Positions 32,567-42,416 of a DNA stretch of 64,000 nucleotides are shown in pieces. Position 1 is the first letter of the stretch. Every line of letters starts with the position of its first letter. The notes beneath the pieces are model-generated. The model ran no database searches, was not told where the DNA came from, and was given only the letters and a program-made list of their open reading frames with translations. The translations under genes were made by a program, and so were the position numbers. Source of the stretch: Candidatus Omnitrophota bacterium (GTDB taxonomy: Bacteria; Omnitrophota; Gorgyraeia; 2-01-FULL-45-10); the NCBI GenBank assembly GCA_903843285.1, contig CAIMPC010000057.1:6456-70455 (forward strand). The letters are read 5' to 3'.

Positions 32567-34069
32567 TTATTTCTTTTTAAGATTTCGTAATAGCTCTTTG
32601 GCTTCTTTTTGTTTTCCCCGGCGCATATATAGATTGGCCAGGTTCATGTAGGCACTTTCATAGTACGGTGCGATCTCTATCTCCTTAACATATTCCGATT
32701 CCGCCTGGTTTGGCAACCCTCTATATTCGTAAATGCACCCCAGACTATTATGCGCATACCTCTGGTGAGGATTTAGCTCAAGCGCCTTTTTATATTTGGC
32801 CTCGGCATCCCGATCCCTGCCCTGGGCCCCATATATCCACCCTAAATTATACTGTGCTACAGATGAATGCGGGGATCCTTTTACGGCATACTCCCAAAAT
32901 GTGACCGCATTCTGAAAATGATTCGCATAAGCCATGCTAATGTAAAATAGCGCAACTGTGATCATTGCCACAAAGCCGGATTGGCGGATATCTTTTAGAG
33001 AGAGGGCCTTTATAAAATCTATCTCTCCCAGAATGATGAATATTCCCAATATGGGCAGGTATATCCTCGATTCCATAAATATTGCAGATTCGCCCGATAT
33101 TGGTTGAATGAAGGTCGGCAGTAGAAATGCTATGAACCATATCGCACCAAATATTACAAATCGATTCCGTTTTGCTTTAGATAAGGCCAGGCCTGACACT
33201 ATCAGTACTGCCGCTACCATGCCATAGACGAGCGTCGAATCTTCGATCGTAGGAATTATCGATAGATTAAATGGAAATATTACTTTGCCTAAGTATATTA
33301 GTATTGCGGGAGTGGATAAGGTTAAATCGCGCGCTATGGCAGAACCGCATAATATAACGGGATTATGCGTCAGCGCAAACCCCCGGAGGATAAACCAGAT
33401 CGTAAGCGTAAAAATCCATCCGACTGATAGCGCCGTCCATATTCGCAGTGATTTTATTTTATCGGGAATGATTACACAGTAACATCCGCTTACGATAATA
33501 AGCGCTATCGCGGATTCCTTAGTGAATAGCGCCAGCATTAAGAAAAATATATGCGCTGCGCAATATCTCCATCTCCGGCTCGCGAGGAACTTAATGAGAG
33601 ATATGAAGCTCATGAGCGCAAATATTGCTAGGAGCGAGTCGTTCCTGCCGGGGATCCAGGCAACTGCCTGAGTCAGGACCGGATGGACGGTGAATATAAG
33701 CGCTATGAAGAAAGCGAGCGATCTGGGGTATTTCAGTTTCAAAAATAGTAGAAACGCCAGGCAGGATGTTATTATGTGAAAAATAATATTGGTGAAATGA
33801 TAACCGAGGCCGAGATATTTATCGAAGTGCGCGTCAATGATAAAAGAGGCTGTCAGCAGCGGTCTGTAGGCGGCGTCATATTCGCCCAGCACATGAAAGA
33901 CGCTCTGTCTGAACGCCTCTGTAATATTTGAGAGCTTACTTATGAACTCATGGTTATCGAGTATTAGGACATTGTCATCGAGGTAACTTAACCCGAAGAA
34001 TGACGCCCCCGCATAGAGCAAAAGACCGATAAGAATTATAAGTAGGTATGGACGCGCACCGCCCAGCAT
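32567..34069 (-). CDS. TMTC-like GT-C membrane glycosyltransferase with C-terminal TPR repeats
   Basis: About 11-12 TMs. Motifs YLDD, YRPL, GYHFTNIIFH, HPVLTQAVAWIPGR and ESRIYLP, then TPRs (AQYNLG..., AHNSLG...). Start reset to ATG 34069 (GGAGA RBS) to avoid overlapping rbr. Confidence 0.85.
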   Translation of the reverse strand: MLGGARPYLLIILIGLLLYAGASFFGLSYLDDNVLILDNHEFISKLSNITEAFRQSVFHVLGEYDAAYRPLLTASFIIDAHFDKYLGLGYHFTNIIFHIITSCLAFLLFLKLKYPRSLAFFIALIFTVHPVLTQAVAWIPGRNDSLLAIFALMSFISLIKFLASRRWRYCAAHIFFLMLALFTKESAIALIIVSGCYCVIIPDKIKSLRIWTALSVGWIFTLTIWFILRGFALTHNPVILCGSAIARDLTLSTPAILIYLGKVIFPFNLSIIPTIEDSTLVYGMVAAVLIVSGLALSKAKRNRFVIFGAIWFIAFLLPTFIQPISGESAIFMESRIYLPILGIFIILGEIDFIKALSLKDIRQSGFVAMITVALFYISMAYANHFQNAVTFWEYAVKGSPHSSVAQYNLGWIYGAQGRDRDAEAKYKKALELNPHQRYAHNSLGCIYEYRGLPNQAESEYVKEIEIAPYYESAYMNLANLYMRRGKQKEAKELLRNLKKK

Positions 34070-34101
34070 ATATTCTCCGGAGGATACAAGGATGTTTTCT
34101 T

Positions 34102-34680
34102 TTAAAAATTTTCCGCCAATATTTCGTAATAGCTCTGCGGGTGTTTGCAGGCGGGGCACTCATTCGGAGCTATCATTCCCTCTACCACATAACCGCAATT
34201 AATGCAGTGCCACTTCACTGCCGCCTTCTTCTTAAAGACCTCGCCATTAGCGACGTTATTGATAAGCTTTCTATAGCGCGATTCGTGGAATTTTTCTACT
34301 TTCGATATCTGCTCGAACGAACGTGCGACGTCTGAAAAACCTTCATCCTTAGCAGTCTTTGCAAAATCAGAGTATATCGTCGTCCACTCCATATTCTCAC
34401 CCGCCGCCGCAGCTTCGAGATTGGACCGTGTATCCTTTATAGCGCCCGCAGGATAGATCGCCGTTATCTCTACGTCCCCGCCCTCGAGATGTTTAAAAAA
34501 TACCTTCGCATGCTCCTTCTCGTTCTCGGCTGTCTCGAGAAATATATTGGCTATCTGCTCAAAGCCTTCCTTCTTCGCCGCTGACGCAAAGTATGTATAC
34601 CTGTTTCTCGCCTGAGATTCTCCGGCAAACGCCGCTAACAGATTCTTCTCCGTCCTACTGCCCTTAATAGATTTTGTCAT
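34102..34680 (-). CDS. rbr: Rubrerythrin
   Basis: AFAGESQARNRY, ENEKEHAK, GENMEWT and VEKFHESRY diiron motifs, with C-terminal rubredoxin CxxC...CPAC. Confidence 0.97.
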   Translation of the reverse strand: MTKSIKGSRTEKNLLAAFAGESQARNRYTYFASAAKKEGFEQIANIFLETAENEKEHAKVFFKHLEGGDVEITAIYPAGAIKDTRSNLEAAAAGENMEWTTIYSDFAKTAKDEGFSDVARSFEQISKVEKFHESRYRKLINNVANGEVFKKKAAVKWHCINCGYVVEGMIAPNECPACKHPQSYYEILAENF

Positions 34681-34696
34681 CTCTCCTCCATATCTT

Positions 34697-34838
34697 GGGA
34701 CTATTGCAAAATGACAAATTCCACGTCATTCTGAACGAAGCCCAAAGGGCGAAGTGAAGAATCTCGACGGTAAATAGATTCTTCGGTCGGCCGATGGCCT
34801 CCCTCAGAATGACGGAAGTTGTATTTCGCAACAGTCCC
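34697..34838. mobile_element. 142-bp MITE (left boundary of the rpoN/gas-vesicle block)
   Basis: GGGACTATTGCAAAA...TTTCGCAACAGTCCC termini. Near-identical reverse complement of 60304-60445. Confidence 0.88.
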
Positions 34839-34908
34839 ACCTTTTATATCATTATATATTAACTTTGCATCGTTTGCAATTTCACCTTTAAAGTTTCCAT
34901 TTTTACTT

Positions 34909-36213
34909 TTATTCACATCGTGACTTAGAAGAGGGCATCCTGATTTGGCCTCGATATTTGGCTATGGTTCGGCGAGCAACGGAAATTCCTTCTTTTTTGA
35001 AAAGGTTAACAATCTTCCGGTCAGTCAGAGGTTTTTCTTTGTTTTCATTTTCTATCAGGTTTTTCATTCTTGATTTAATAGCCTTGGATGATAAAAATCC
35101 TCCATCCTTCTGCTTAACTCTCGGGCTCAAAAAAGACTTCAATTCGAAGATGCCCTGGGGTGTCTGAAGATATTTTCCGGTCACAGCCCTGCTTATTGTA
35201 GATTTGTGCTTACCGATTCGTTTGGCAATCTGATCTAAAGTCATCGGCTTAAAATCTGTGGCTCCATTCTCGATAAACCCATTCTGAATAGACGCGATTG
35301 TCTCTGTCACCTGTCGGATCGTCTCCCTTCGTCTACTTATAGCATTGATCAGCGAACGGGCGGCTTTAAGCCTTTCGTTTAAATAGGCCTTCGTATCATC
35401 GGGCGCATCCTTCTGCCTTAACATTTTTTTGTATTTCTCATTAAGAGTAATGCGTGGCAATTCCCAATCATTGGGTATAAGCTCATATCCGTCTATATTT
35501 TTTCTGATTAGCGCATCCGGTATTAAATAGACGGGTTTCTCTGTGTTAAAAGCCCTGCCCGGTTTGGGTTCCATGCTTGCTATCTCTTTCATCGCCTCTT
35601 TAATCTTTTCAACGGAAATCCCCATCTTCTTCGAGATGTAATCATATCTTTTATTTTGAAGAACGGGCAAATATCTATCTACAATTTTATAAGCTAATGA
35701 ATCATTTCGGTCCTTTGCTATTAATTGCAATAATAGACACTCTCTTAAATCCTTCGCCCCAACACCGACAGGATCAAAAGTTTGAATTAATGACAATATT
35801 TTCCCGATTTCGGATCGCGTAATTTCACCGGAATTAGATTTTATCTCTTCTATCGGGCATCCAAGATAGCCATCATCGTTTATGTTGCCTATAATCAGTT
35901 CTCCAATTTCCCTGACATTATCAGAATCAGCGAGCAGCTGTAATTGCGACGAGAGATGATCCTGGAGCGTGGCAGGTTTGACTATCAGGCTTTCTCTGTA
36001 ATCTTGTTCTTCTTCACTGCAAAGATTGTAATTTACTTCTTTAGGCGGTTTCACGATTTCCATATTTAATAAGGGATTTTCTTCCACCTGTTTTTCGATG
36101 AATTCCTTTAATTTAACAAGAGGCATTTGTAAAAGATGAATGGATAAACGCATCTGGGGAGTTAGTCTGAATTTATAGGTTAACTTATTAGCAGGTTTTA
36201 GCGATAGTTCCAT
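34909..36213 (-). CDS. rpoN: RNA polymerase sigma-54 factor
   Basis: LTPQMRLSIHLLQ, IIGNINDDGYL, FDPVGVGAKDLRECLLLQL, HKSTISRAV and RpoN box ARRTIAKYR. Confidence 0.96.
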   Translation of the reverse strand: MELSLKPANKLTYKFRLTPQMRLSIHLLQMPLVKLKEFIEKQVEENPLLNMEIVKPPKEVNYNLCSEEEQDYRESLIVKPATLQDHLSSQLQLLADSDNVREIGELIIGNINDDGYLGCPIEEIKSNSGEITRSEIGKILSLIQTFDPVGVGAKDLRECLLLQLIAKDRNDSLAYKIVDRYLPVLQNKRYDYISKKMGISVEKIKEAMKEIASMEPKPGRAFNTEKPVYLIPDALIRKNIDGYELIPNDWELPRITLNEKYKKMLRQKDAPDDTKAYLNERLKAARSLINAISRRRETIRQVTETIASIQNGFIENGATDFKPMTLDQIAKRIGKHKSTISRAVTGKYLQTPQGIFELKSFLSPRVKQKDGGFLSSKAIKSRMKNLIENENKEKPLTDRKIVNLFKKEGISVARRTIAKYRGQIRMPSSKSRCE

Positions 36214-36263
36214 AACGCGCTCTTTTCATCTACAGCGTTTAGCCAGACAGAAGCTTAGTATAA

Positions 36264-36336
36264 GGGGCTGTTGCGAAATACAACTTCCACGTCACTCTGA
36301 ACGAAGCCATCGGCCTCCCTCAAAATGACGGAAGTT
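36264..36336. mobile_element. Internally deleted MITE copy
   Basis: GGGGCTGTTGCGAAATACAACTTCCACGTCA...CTCAAAATGACGGAAGTT, between the activator gene and rpoN. Confidence 0.75.
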
Positions 36337-37726
36337 ACTTGATTTGAAATTCTTTTATCTTTGAATAAAGTGTCGTACGGTCTATTTTAAGGAAACTGGC
36401 GGCCTTAGTCTTATTGCCACCGGCTTTAACCAGGGCCTCTTTAATCATCTTCTCCTCAATCTGTGATGAGGACTTTTCCTTCACCTCTTTAAGAGAATCG
36501 CCTTCTTTAGTATCAGATATTGGCATGCCGGGGGACTGGGAAGCTTGTGCGGAGCAGGTACATTCGTTTAAGGAGAGGCATGCCGGGGTGATCTCTTTGG
36601 AATCGGCCAAAAGAACCGCCCTTTTGATCACGTTTTTCAGTTCCCGGACATTGCCCGGCCAGGGATAATCGATAAGAAGCCTCACGGCTTCACTCGAGAC
36701 ACCACCCACATTTTTACCAAGATCCCCATTCGATTCATTCACAAAGTATTTAATTAAAACGGGCAGGTCTTCCTTTCTTTCTCTTAAAGGCGGGAGATTG
36801 ATATTAAACTCGTTTAATCTATGGAACAGGTCATCTCTAAATTTGCCCAGCCTTACAGCCTCTAAAAGATTAATATTAGTTGCCACTATTATCCGCACAT
36901 CCACACTTATATTGGTCTTGCCGCCTAAATGTTGAAATTTTCTTTCCTGAACGGCTCTTAATAGCTTCATCTGTATGCTATTAGGGATATTGGTGATCTC
37001 ATCGAAGAATAGAGTGCCGCCATTTGCCTGCTCAAATTTGCCATCTTTGCGCTCTTCTGCTCCGGTAAAAGCGCCCTTCTCATAACCAAATAGTTCACTC
37101 TCAACCAGTGTATCCGGTATAGCACCGCAGTCTATCGCGACAAAAGGATTGTCTTTGCGCAGACTCTTTTCATGTATCAACTTCGCTATCACTTCTTTCC
37201 CCGTGCCGCTCTCTCCCTGAAGCACCACGGTCATATTCGTGGCCGCGATTATATCAACATGTTTCAAGACCTGCCTTATCCTGACGCTCTCTCCCATTGC
37301 CTCTTCTATCGGCGCGAACGTCTGGCCCAATTTCTTTCTTAAATGCTCCACTTCCCTGCATAAGTACTGGGTATGAAGGGCTTTTTTGATGATAAGGATC
37401 AGTTCCTCATCATCAAACGGCTTTGTAATGTAGTCATATGCGCCCAATTTCATTGCCTTTACCGCGCTCTTCACGTCACTGTTCGCGGTCAACATGATAA
37501 TGGGTAAGTTATTCCATTTCCTTTTTATCTCCTGCAATAATTCGACCCCGTCCATCCCCGGAAGTTTAATATCCAATAAGACCAGATCCGGGGAGCTTTT
37601 ATCAATGACCTTTATCGTCTGTTTTCCATCCGAAGCGGCGATTACCTCGTGGCCTTCCTCTCTCAAGACAGCTGAAAGATTAAAACGCAAATCCTTATCA
37701 TCGTCTACAATAAGAATTCTTTTCAC
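36335..37726 (-). CDS. Sigma54-dependent response regulator (NtrC/AtoC family; REC-AAA-Fis HTH)
   Basis: REC domain, GESGTGKE, ESELFGYEKGAFTGA, WPGNVRELKN, C-terminal GGNKTKAA HTH. Confidence 0.96.
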   Translation of the reverse strand: MKRILIVDDDKDLRFNLSAVLREEGHEVIAASDGKQTIKVIDKSSPDLVLLDIKLPGMDGVELLQEIKRKWNNLPIIMLTANSDVKSAVKAMKLGAYDYITKPFDDEELILIIKKALHTQYLCREVEHLRKKLGQTFAPIEEAMGESVRIRQVLKHVDIIAATNMTVVLQGESGTGKEVIAKLIHEKSLRKDNPFVAIDCGAIPDTLVESELFGYEKGAFTGAEERKDGKFEQANGGTLFFDEITNIPNSIQMKLLRAVQERKFQHLGGKTNISVDVRIIVATNINLLEAVRLGKFRDDLFHRLNEFNINLPPLRERKEDLPVLIKYFVNESNGDLGKNVGGVSSEAVRLLIDYPWPGNVRELKNVIKRAVLLADSKEITPACLSLNECTCSAQASQSPGMPISDTKEGDSLKEVKEKSSSQIEEKMIKEALVKAGGNKTKAASFLKIDRTTLYSKIKEFQIK

Positions 37727-38349
37727 TTTGCTCCGGCAGTAGAAAGTTCTTTTATATTCTTCAATATATCCTCTTCGTTAAAAGGCTTATCTATGAAACT
37801 GTGGGCACCCAATCTCCTCGCTTCGTTTCTAGCTTCTTCGCTGCCATAGGCGGTGACCATACTTACTATTGTGCGAGGGCTCATCGATCTGATACTGGAA
37901 AGGATCTTCATGCCGTCACCATCAGATAATCTTAAATCGCAAAAGACCATGTCGGGGGCCTGCGTTCTTAAACTGTTCATAGCCTCTTTCTTGGTATGAA
38001 CAGATTTTACATTATAGCCATGAAATCTCAGGACGTCCCCTAAAAGCAAACAAAGATCTTTTTCGTCATCGATTATTAAAATGCTCTTTATAGGAGTTAT
38101 TTCTACCGCTGCTTTCTTCCTCGTTTTTCTTATTTTCAGCTTTCTTAATTCGGCTCTTTCATGGCGTCGAAAGTAAGGGCTAAGCTCCTCGAGATCTTCG
38201 GGTTTCCGCCAACCGGAAAATCCGCTGCGTATGACCACCGCTTCGCCGCGTTTTACCTTACCTGTGCAGATCCATAACTTTAAGCGGTTATGGAATACTT
38301 GTCGATAAATATCCGCACCTCTTTTAATATCCCATTGTACGTTTTTCAT
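37723..38349 (-). CDS. Response regulator with putative N-terminal GYF_2 (DUF4339)-like domain
   Basis: C-terminal REC (ILIIDDE, DLRL, TAYG, KPF). N-terminal W..K...LKLWI.TGKV...VIRSGFSGWRK..DLEEL pattern. Start taken at ATG 38349. Confidence 0.8.
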   Translation of the reverse strand: MKNVQWDIKRGADIYRQVFHNRLKLWICTGKVKRGEAVVIRSGFSGWRKPEDLEELSPYFRRHERAELRKLKIRKTRKKAAVEITPIKSILIIDDEKDLCLLLGDVLRFHGYNVKSVHTKKEAMNSLRTQAPDMVFCDLRLSDGDGMKILSSIRSMSPRTIVSMVTAYGSEEARNEARRLGAHSFIDKPFNEEDILKNIKELSTAGAK

Positions 38350-38362
38350 AAACTTTTTCCGG

Positions 38363-40735
38363 CTACTCTCTCCGTGTGTGTTCAATAGGTAGCGAAAGGA
38401 TGAAAGTAGTTCCTTTTCGCCACTTACTCTCAACCTCTATCGTGCCACCATGACTGACAATAATTCCATAACAGGTGGTGAGCCCTAAACCAACGCCTTG
38501 AGGCTTGGTGCTAAAGAATGGGTCAAATATTTTGATAACATCTTTTTCAGGGATACCAATTCCTGAATCCTTAACCTTTACCAGAAAAAAGCCTTTACTT
38601 ATCTCTGTACTGATCGTAAGATTGCCGCCTTTGGGCATAGCGTCAATAGCGTTGGTGATTAAGTTCAACAGAACGCGTCCCATATATTCTTTATCAATTG
38701 TTAAAATAGAGGGTTTAGCGGTAAGGATCTTAATCACTTTTACCTTTTGCGACTTGATCTTACCTTTATCGGTAATCAATGCGTCTTTAATCACCCGGTG
38801 CATATCACAGGGCGCCGGATGAAGTTTTGCAGGACGTGCGCAGTTTAATAGCTCCGTAATTAAAAAATTGATCCTTCCTACGTTTCTCTCGATGATATCG
38901 CTATGTTTAATGCCCTCGGGTTTTATCCTGTCACCTTTCTTAAGCTGCCGCACAGACATGGAAACGTTAGTCAGGGGATTTCTTATCTCATGGGCAATGC
39001 TCGCGGCGATTCGACCGGTATAGGCAAGTTTCTCGGAGCGTACCAGATCATCCTTACTCGCCTTTAGTTGTGCGTAAGAGACCTTGAGCTCTTCCTGGGA
39101 GCGAGTTGTTTTATCAATCAGCTCTTTAAGTTTTCGCTCAGATTCTTTTAACGCCTCCTCAGTCTTCTTGCGCTTGGTAATGTCACGGGCATAAAGATTT
39201 GCATATCCGGACTCTTTTACAGGCATAATCATAATTGAAAAGATTTTGCCTTCTTCTTCTTCTTCTTCTTCTTCTTCTTCTTTTCCTCCTCCTGGTCCAG
39301 TCTCTCCGGAATTAAACTTCGCCTTGATCAAATCGCACCACCTGCCAGGAGCCTTATCCCCAATTTCAGCGCCCCACCTGGCAAGCAGACTCAACCCTCC
39401 TTTGTTACTATATAGGATTGTGCCATCTTTGGCTATGCGCAGGACAGGGTTGGGATTTTCTGCTGTAAATTTTGAAAGGTTTACTACTTCCTTTTCCGCG
39501 CGTTTTCGCTCAGAAATATCAATAAATGAGGCCATCATACCTATAGCGTTAGAGCTTGAGTCTAATATAATATTGCCGACAAACTGAACGGTTATAGCAG
39601 AGCCATCTTTCCTTCTTGCATTCACCTCTCCGGTCCATTGCCCTCTTTGTCGTAACGCATTGGCGACAACGTGCGACGCAGCCTCATCATCCCAAAACAT
39701 AGTATAAGGCTTGCCGATAACATCATCTTCTTTGTCATACCCACAAAGATTGAGAAAAGAATCGTTGACATACGTCAGATTACCGGCCGAATCAGCGATG
39801 GCAAACGCGTTAATGGATGAAGCGATTGCAACATCCTTTATCCATAGCTCTTCCTCCATGCTCTTGCGCTCGGTGATGTCCCGCATAAAAACCACAACTT
39901 GCCCGCCCTCGACAGGCCGGTATTGGATGCTGACCTCAATGTCAAAAAAACTCCCATCCTTTCGGATGTGCCGGGATTCGAAACGATCCTCACCCTGAGC
40001 TATAGCCTTTTGCATATGGGCGGCTATGTCATCACCGGTTTCGAGAGCCCTCAGATCGGTAACGCTCATGGACAGCAGTTCCTGCGTGCTATAGCCGCTC
40101 ATCCGGCAATAGGCCTCGTTGACTTCCAGCAGATGCCCTTGCAAATCCATCAGCCAAAAGCCGTCCATAGCCGTACGGAGAATCGTCCGATATCGTTCCT
40201 CGCTCTCCAGCAGTGCTTCCTCCGAGCGCTTGCGCAATGTAATGTCTTGCACCATCCCGTTAAAAACAATTTCATTTTTACGTGGCGATGGATTAGAATT
40301 TCCGGAAAACCAGATTCTCTCTCCCGTTGGTTTTTGCAGCATACCTTCATATTTCCACTCACATGACTCCCTGGCCGCCTTCTCAATTGATTTTATAAAA
40401 CTTTCCCTGTGTTCAGGAATGACAAGCTCTGTGAAACGCTCAAAATATCCCTCTATATCAGGCTTTAGACCAACGACTTGTTCCGACCTGCCGCTCACGT
40501 AATAAAATCCAACTTCTCCGTTCGGCCTGACATAGAACTGATAGATTACGCCGGGGACATTAGTTGTCATATCAAGCAACAGGATTTCACTCTCCCTCAG
40601 CACCCTCAGCTGCTCTGCCATGCGCTGTTCCAGGTCATTGCATACCGGCCGCAGCATCTCCTGTGCGCGATCGTTCTCGGTGATGCTATTAACATCGATC
40701 TTAACATAATTATCCGGCGATTTAGGCTCGCTCAT
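38363..40735 (-). CDS. Cytoplasmic multi-PAS sensor histidine kinase
   Basis: Four PAS/PAC units (DITxRK ends), H-box AHEIRNPL, N-box NLITNAIDAM, DSGIGI, FDPFFSTK, GVGLGL. Confidence 0.95.
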   Translation of the reverse strand: MSEPKSPDNYVKIDVNSITENDRAQEMLRPVCNDLEQRMAEQLRVLRESEILLLDMTTNVPGVIYQFYVRPNGEVGFYYVSGRSEQVVGLKPDIEGYFERFTELVIPEHRESFIKSIEKAARESCEWKYEGMLQKPTGERIWFSGNSNPSPRKNEIVFNGMVQDITLRKRSEEALLESEERYRTILRTAMDGFWLMDLQGHLLEVNEAYCRMSGYSTQELLSMSVTDLRALETGDDIAAHMQKAIAQGEDRFESRHIRKDGSFFDIEVSIQYRPVEGGQVVVFMRDITERKSMEEELWIKDVAIASSINAFAIADSAGNLTYVNDSFLNLCGYDKEDDVIGKPYTMFWDDEAASHVVANALRQRGQWTGEVNARRKDGSAITVQFVGNIILDSSSNAIGMMASFIDISERKRAEKEVVNLSKFTAENPNPVLRIAKDGTILYSNKGGLSLLARWGAEIGDKAPGRWCDLIKAKFNSGETGPGGGKEEEEEEEEEEGKIFSIMIMPVKESGYANLYARDITKRKKTEEALKESERKLKELIDKTTRSQEELKVSYAQLKASKDDLVRSEKLAYTGRIAASIAHEIRNPLTNVSMSVRQLKKGDRIKPEGIKHSDIIERNVGRINFLITELLNCARPAKLHPAPCDMHRVIKDALITDKGKIKSQKVKVIKILTAKPSILTIDKEYMGRVLLNLITNAIDAMPKGGNLTISTEISKGFFLVKVKDSGIGIPEKDVIKIFDPFFSTKPQGVGLGLTTCYGIIVSHGGTIEVESKWRKGTTFILSLPIEHTRRE
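39251..39280 (-). repeat. (GAA)10 trinucleotide microsatellite encoding E10 in the histidine kinase
   Basis: Ten perfect TTC units on the + strand. Confidence 0.95.
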
Positions 40736-40754
40736 TCTCAGCACCTTTTTTTAT

Positions 40755-40883
40755 CAACTTAGGCGTACTTTCGCCCCAGCCTCACATACAAACAGCCTGG
40801 CATAAAACTGCCAGGCTGTCCGCTAAATCTTCTTGCGCTAAATTATTTTTCTTCCGAAGAGTTTCAAGGTCTATTCCAAGCAT
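40755..40883 (-). pseudogene. XRE-family HTH regulator remnant
   Basis: MLGIDLETLRKKNNLAQEDLADSLAVLCQAVCM*GWGESTP: an XRE helix pattern broken by a stop before the WExGxxxP motif. Confidence 0.55.
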
Positions 40884-40953
40884 AAACTCTCTTTCGTTAG
40901 GAATCAATATTCTGCTCCATTTTGTTAACATTGTCAATATTTTTCGTCTACTA

Positions 40954-41643
40954 CTATCGGAGCACCTCCACTTTAGAAGTAATATACCCACCTAATTTCT
41001 CAAATCGCTCCTTATACCTATTGCAAAAAGGAAGCAATGTCTGATATTCTTTTACTTTCTGCGCATTCTTTATCTCCCTGACACAAATATTTTTCACGAG
41101 CCTTTTTTCTATATTGTGATAGGCGCCAATAAATATAACTCCCGTTTCACCGGGGCATAGGGATTCATCTATTCTTTTTGCGATAAATCTATCTCTTTTG
41201 CTCAGAAGCCTGCCTTTAGCTAATTTATACTTTATAAATATAATTATTTTACGCGTAATTGACATGGCTTGAGTTAGAGCAACTAGCCTATCCCTCTCCT
41301 CCTTAACAAGCTTGAAATCTTCTGTCTTGACTAAAATGGCTCCTCGCTTAATAAGCCTGGCAACCAATTCGTAATTCCGGCTTCCTGCCTTCGCGCTTTC
41401 CTGAACAATCCTCTGCCCTACCTCGCCATCCGCTACCATGCCATCCTGAAATATTTTCACTCCTGACACATTTATGGAATCGAAGTAACTCGAAATACAA
41501 TCCCAAAACTTTTCAACCGTCGCCTGGTGCCTCTGCCAAACATCTTCTCCTAAGTCAGCTATCCCTCTATTAGTCACATCTTGCGCTAAAGACCCGAGGT
41601 CAGCGCTCGTATGGATAACAGGGACTACTATCAACGTTCTCAT
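40954..41643 (-). CDS. Conserved hypothetical protein, TraB/ChaN-like fold suspected (paralog of 42409-43047)
   Basis: VPVIH, IFQDG, SRNY, LVKTED, RDRFIAKRI, FIGAYH. Confidence 0.75.
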   Translation of the reverse strand: MRTLIVVPVIHTSADLGSLAQDVTNRGIADLGEDVWQRHQATVEKFWDCISSYFDSINVSGVKIFQDGMVADGEVGQRIVQESAKAGSRNYELVARLIKRGAILVKTEDFKLVKEERDRLVALTQAMSITRKIIIFIKYKLAKGRLLSKRDRFIAKRIDESLCPGETGVIFIGAYHNIEKRLVKNICVREIKNAQKVKEYQTLLPFCNRYKERFEKLGGYITSKVEVLR

Positions 41644-42416
41644 GGTTTTTCCTTCATTTCCCCTATAATTATTTCGAGTATTCCCTTTTCCACCAACGCC
41701 GCATTCGCTGATGAGAGATAATCATTACCTTCCCAACCATAACAGGCCTTGATCGTCTCTTTGAGTATTAGGGCTTCGTTTATAAGCTCCTCGGGAACAA
41801 CCTTTTTGAACAGCCCTGCATATTTACCGGATATCAAATCTTCAATGGTGGCGCCTTTGGCGAGCCGACCTTCCTTGTCAACCAGGCCCAGACTTAAAAG
41901 CTTTTTGAGCATTGCCGGCATCCTGGGTTTAGCAAGCAGGGTTTTCAAGACACCTTCTATCATGATTTTAATCCTCCGCTGGATCTCCTTCGTAATGAAA
42001 GAGGTAAGTATCCGGTTTATCTCTTCCTGCATCTTTTCGTTATACCGTGAACCCTTCCTTGCAAACGCGGCGTTTCGCAATACCTCCGCCGGACATATAT
42101 TAATGGGTAATGACATTAATTCCTTCCCTTTGTCTTTTATCAGGTAGTGTATTTCAATGGTCACGCCTTCAAGGTCATTAACCAATCTTTCTCTTTTTTC
42201 CGGCGCAATCGATGCGATCAGTCTCTGGGAATGCCTTTCCATATCTAAGAGGAGAGTTACGATGCTAGGAACCATATTGGGGAAAAAAATGCTGGTGAAT
42301 TCATATAGAGCAAATGGCTTATTGGTATTCGCTATATCCGCGTTTATACGGATGGGGGAAAATAGCGTGGAGAAATCTTTGCTCAATAGCGAGGGCTTTT
42401 GGGATCGATCAGACAT
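41640..42416 (-). CDS. Hypothetical protein
   Basis: 258-aa ORF with overlapping start/stop coupling to both neighbours. No family recognised. Confidence 0.7.
   Translation of the reverse strand: MSDRSQKPSLLSKDFSTLFSPIRINADIANTNKPFALYEFTSIFFPNMVPSIVTLLLDMERHSQRLIASIAPEKRERLVNDLEGVTIEIHYLIKDKGKELMSLPINICPAEVLRNAAFARKGSRYNEKMQEEINRILTSFITKEIQRRIKIMIEGVLKTLLAKPRMPAMLKKLLSLGLVDKEGRLAKGATIEDLISGKYAGLFKKVVPEELINEALILKETIKACYGWEGNDYLSSANAALVEKGILEIIIGEMKEKP

Noticed and set aside
34070-34159. N-terminal extension of the TMTC-like ORF overlapping rbr
   Set aside because: There is a better ATG with RBS at 34069.
34701-34916. 71-aa ORF (also 60241-60486, 60266-60451 and the 61707-61808 extension)
   Set aside because: These are translations of the MITE/REP sequence (RHSE..TEES, QND), not independent genes.
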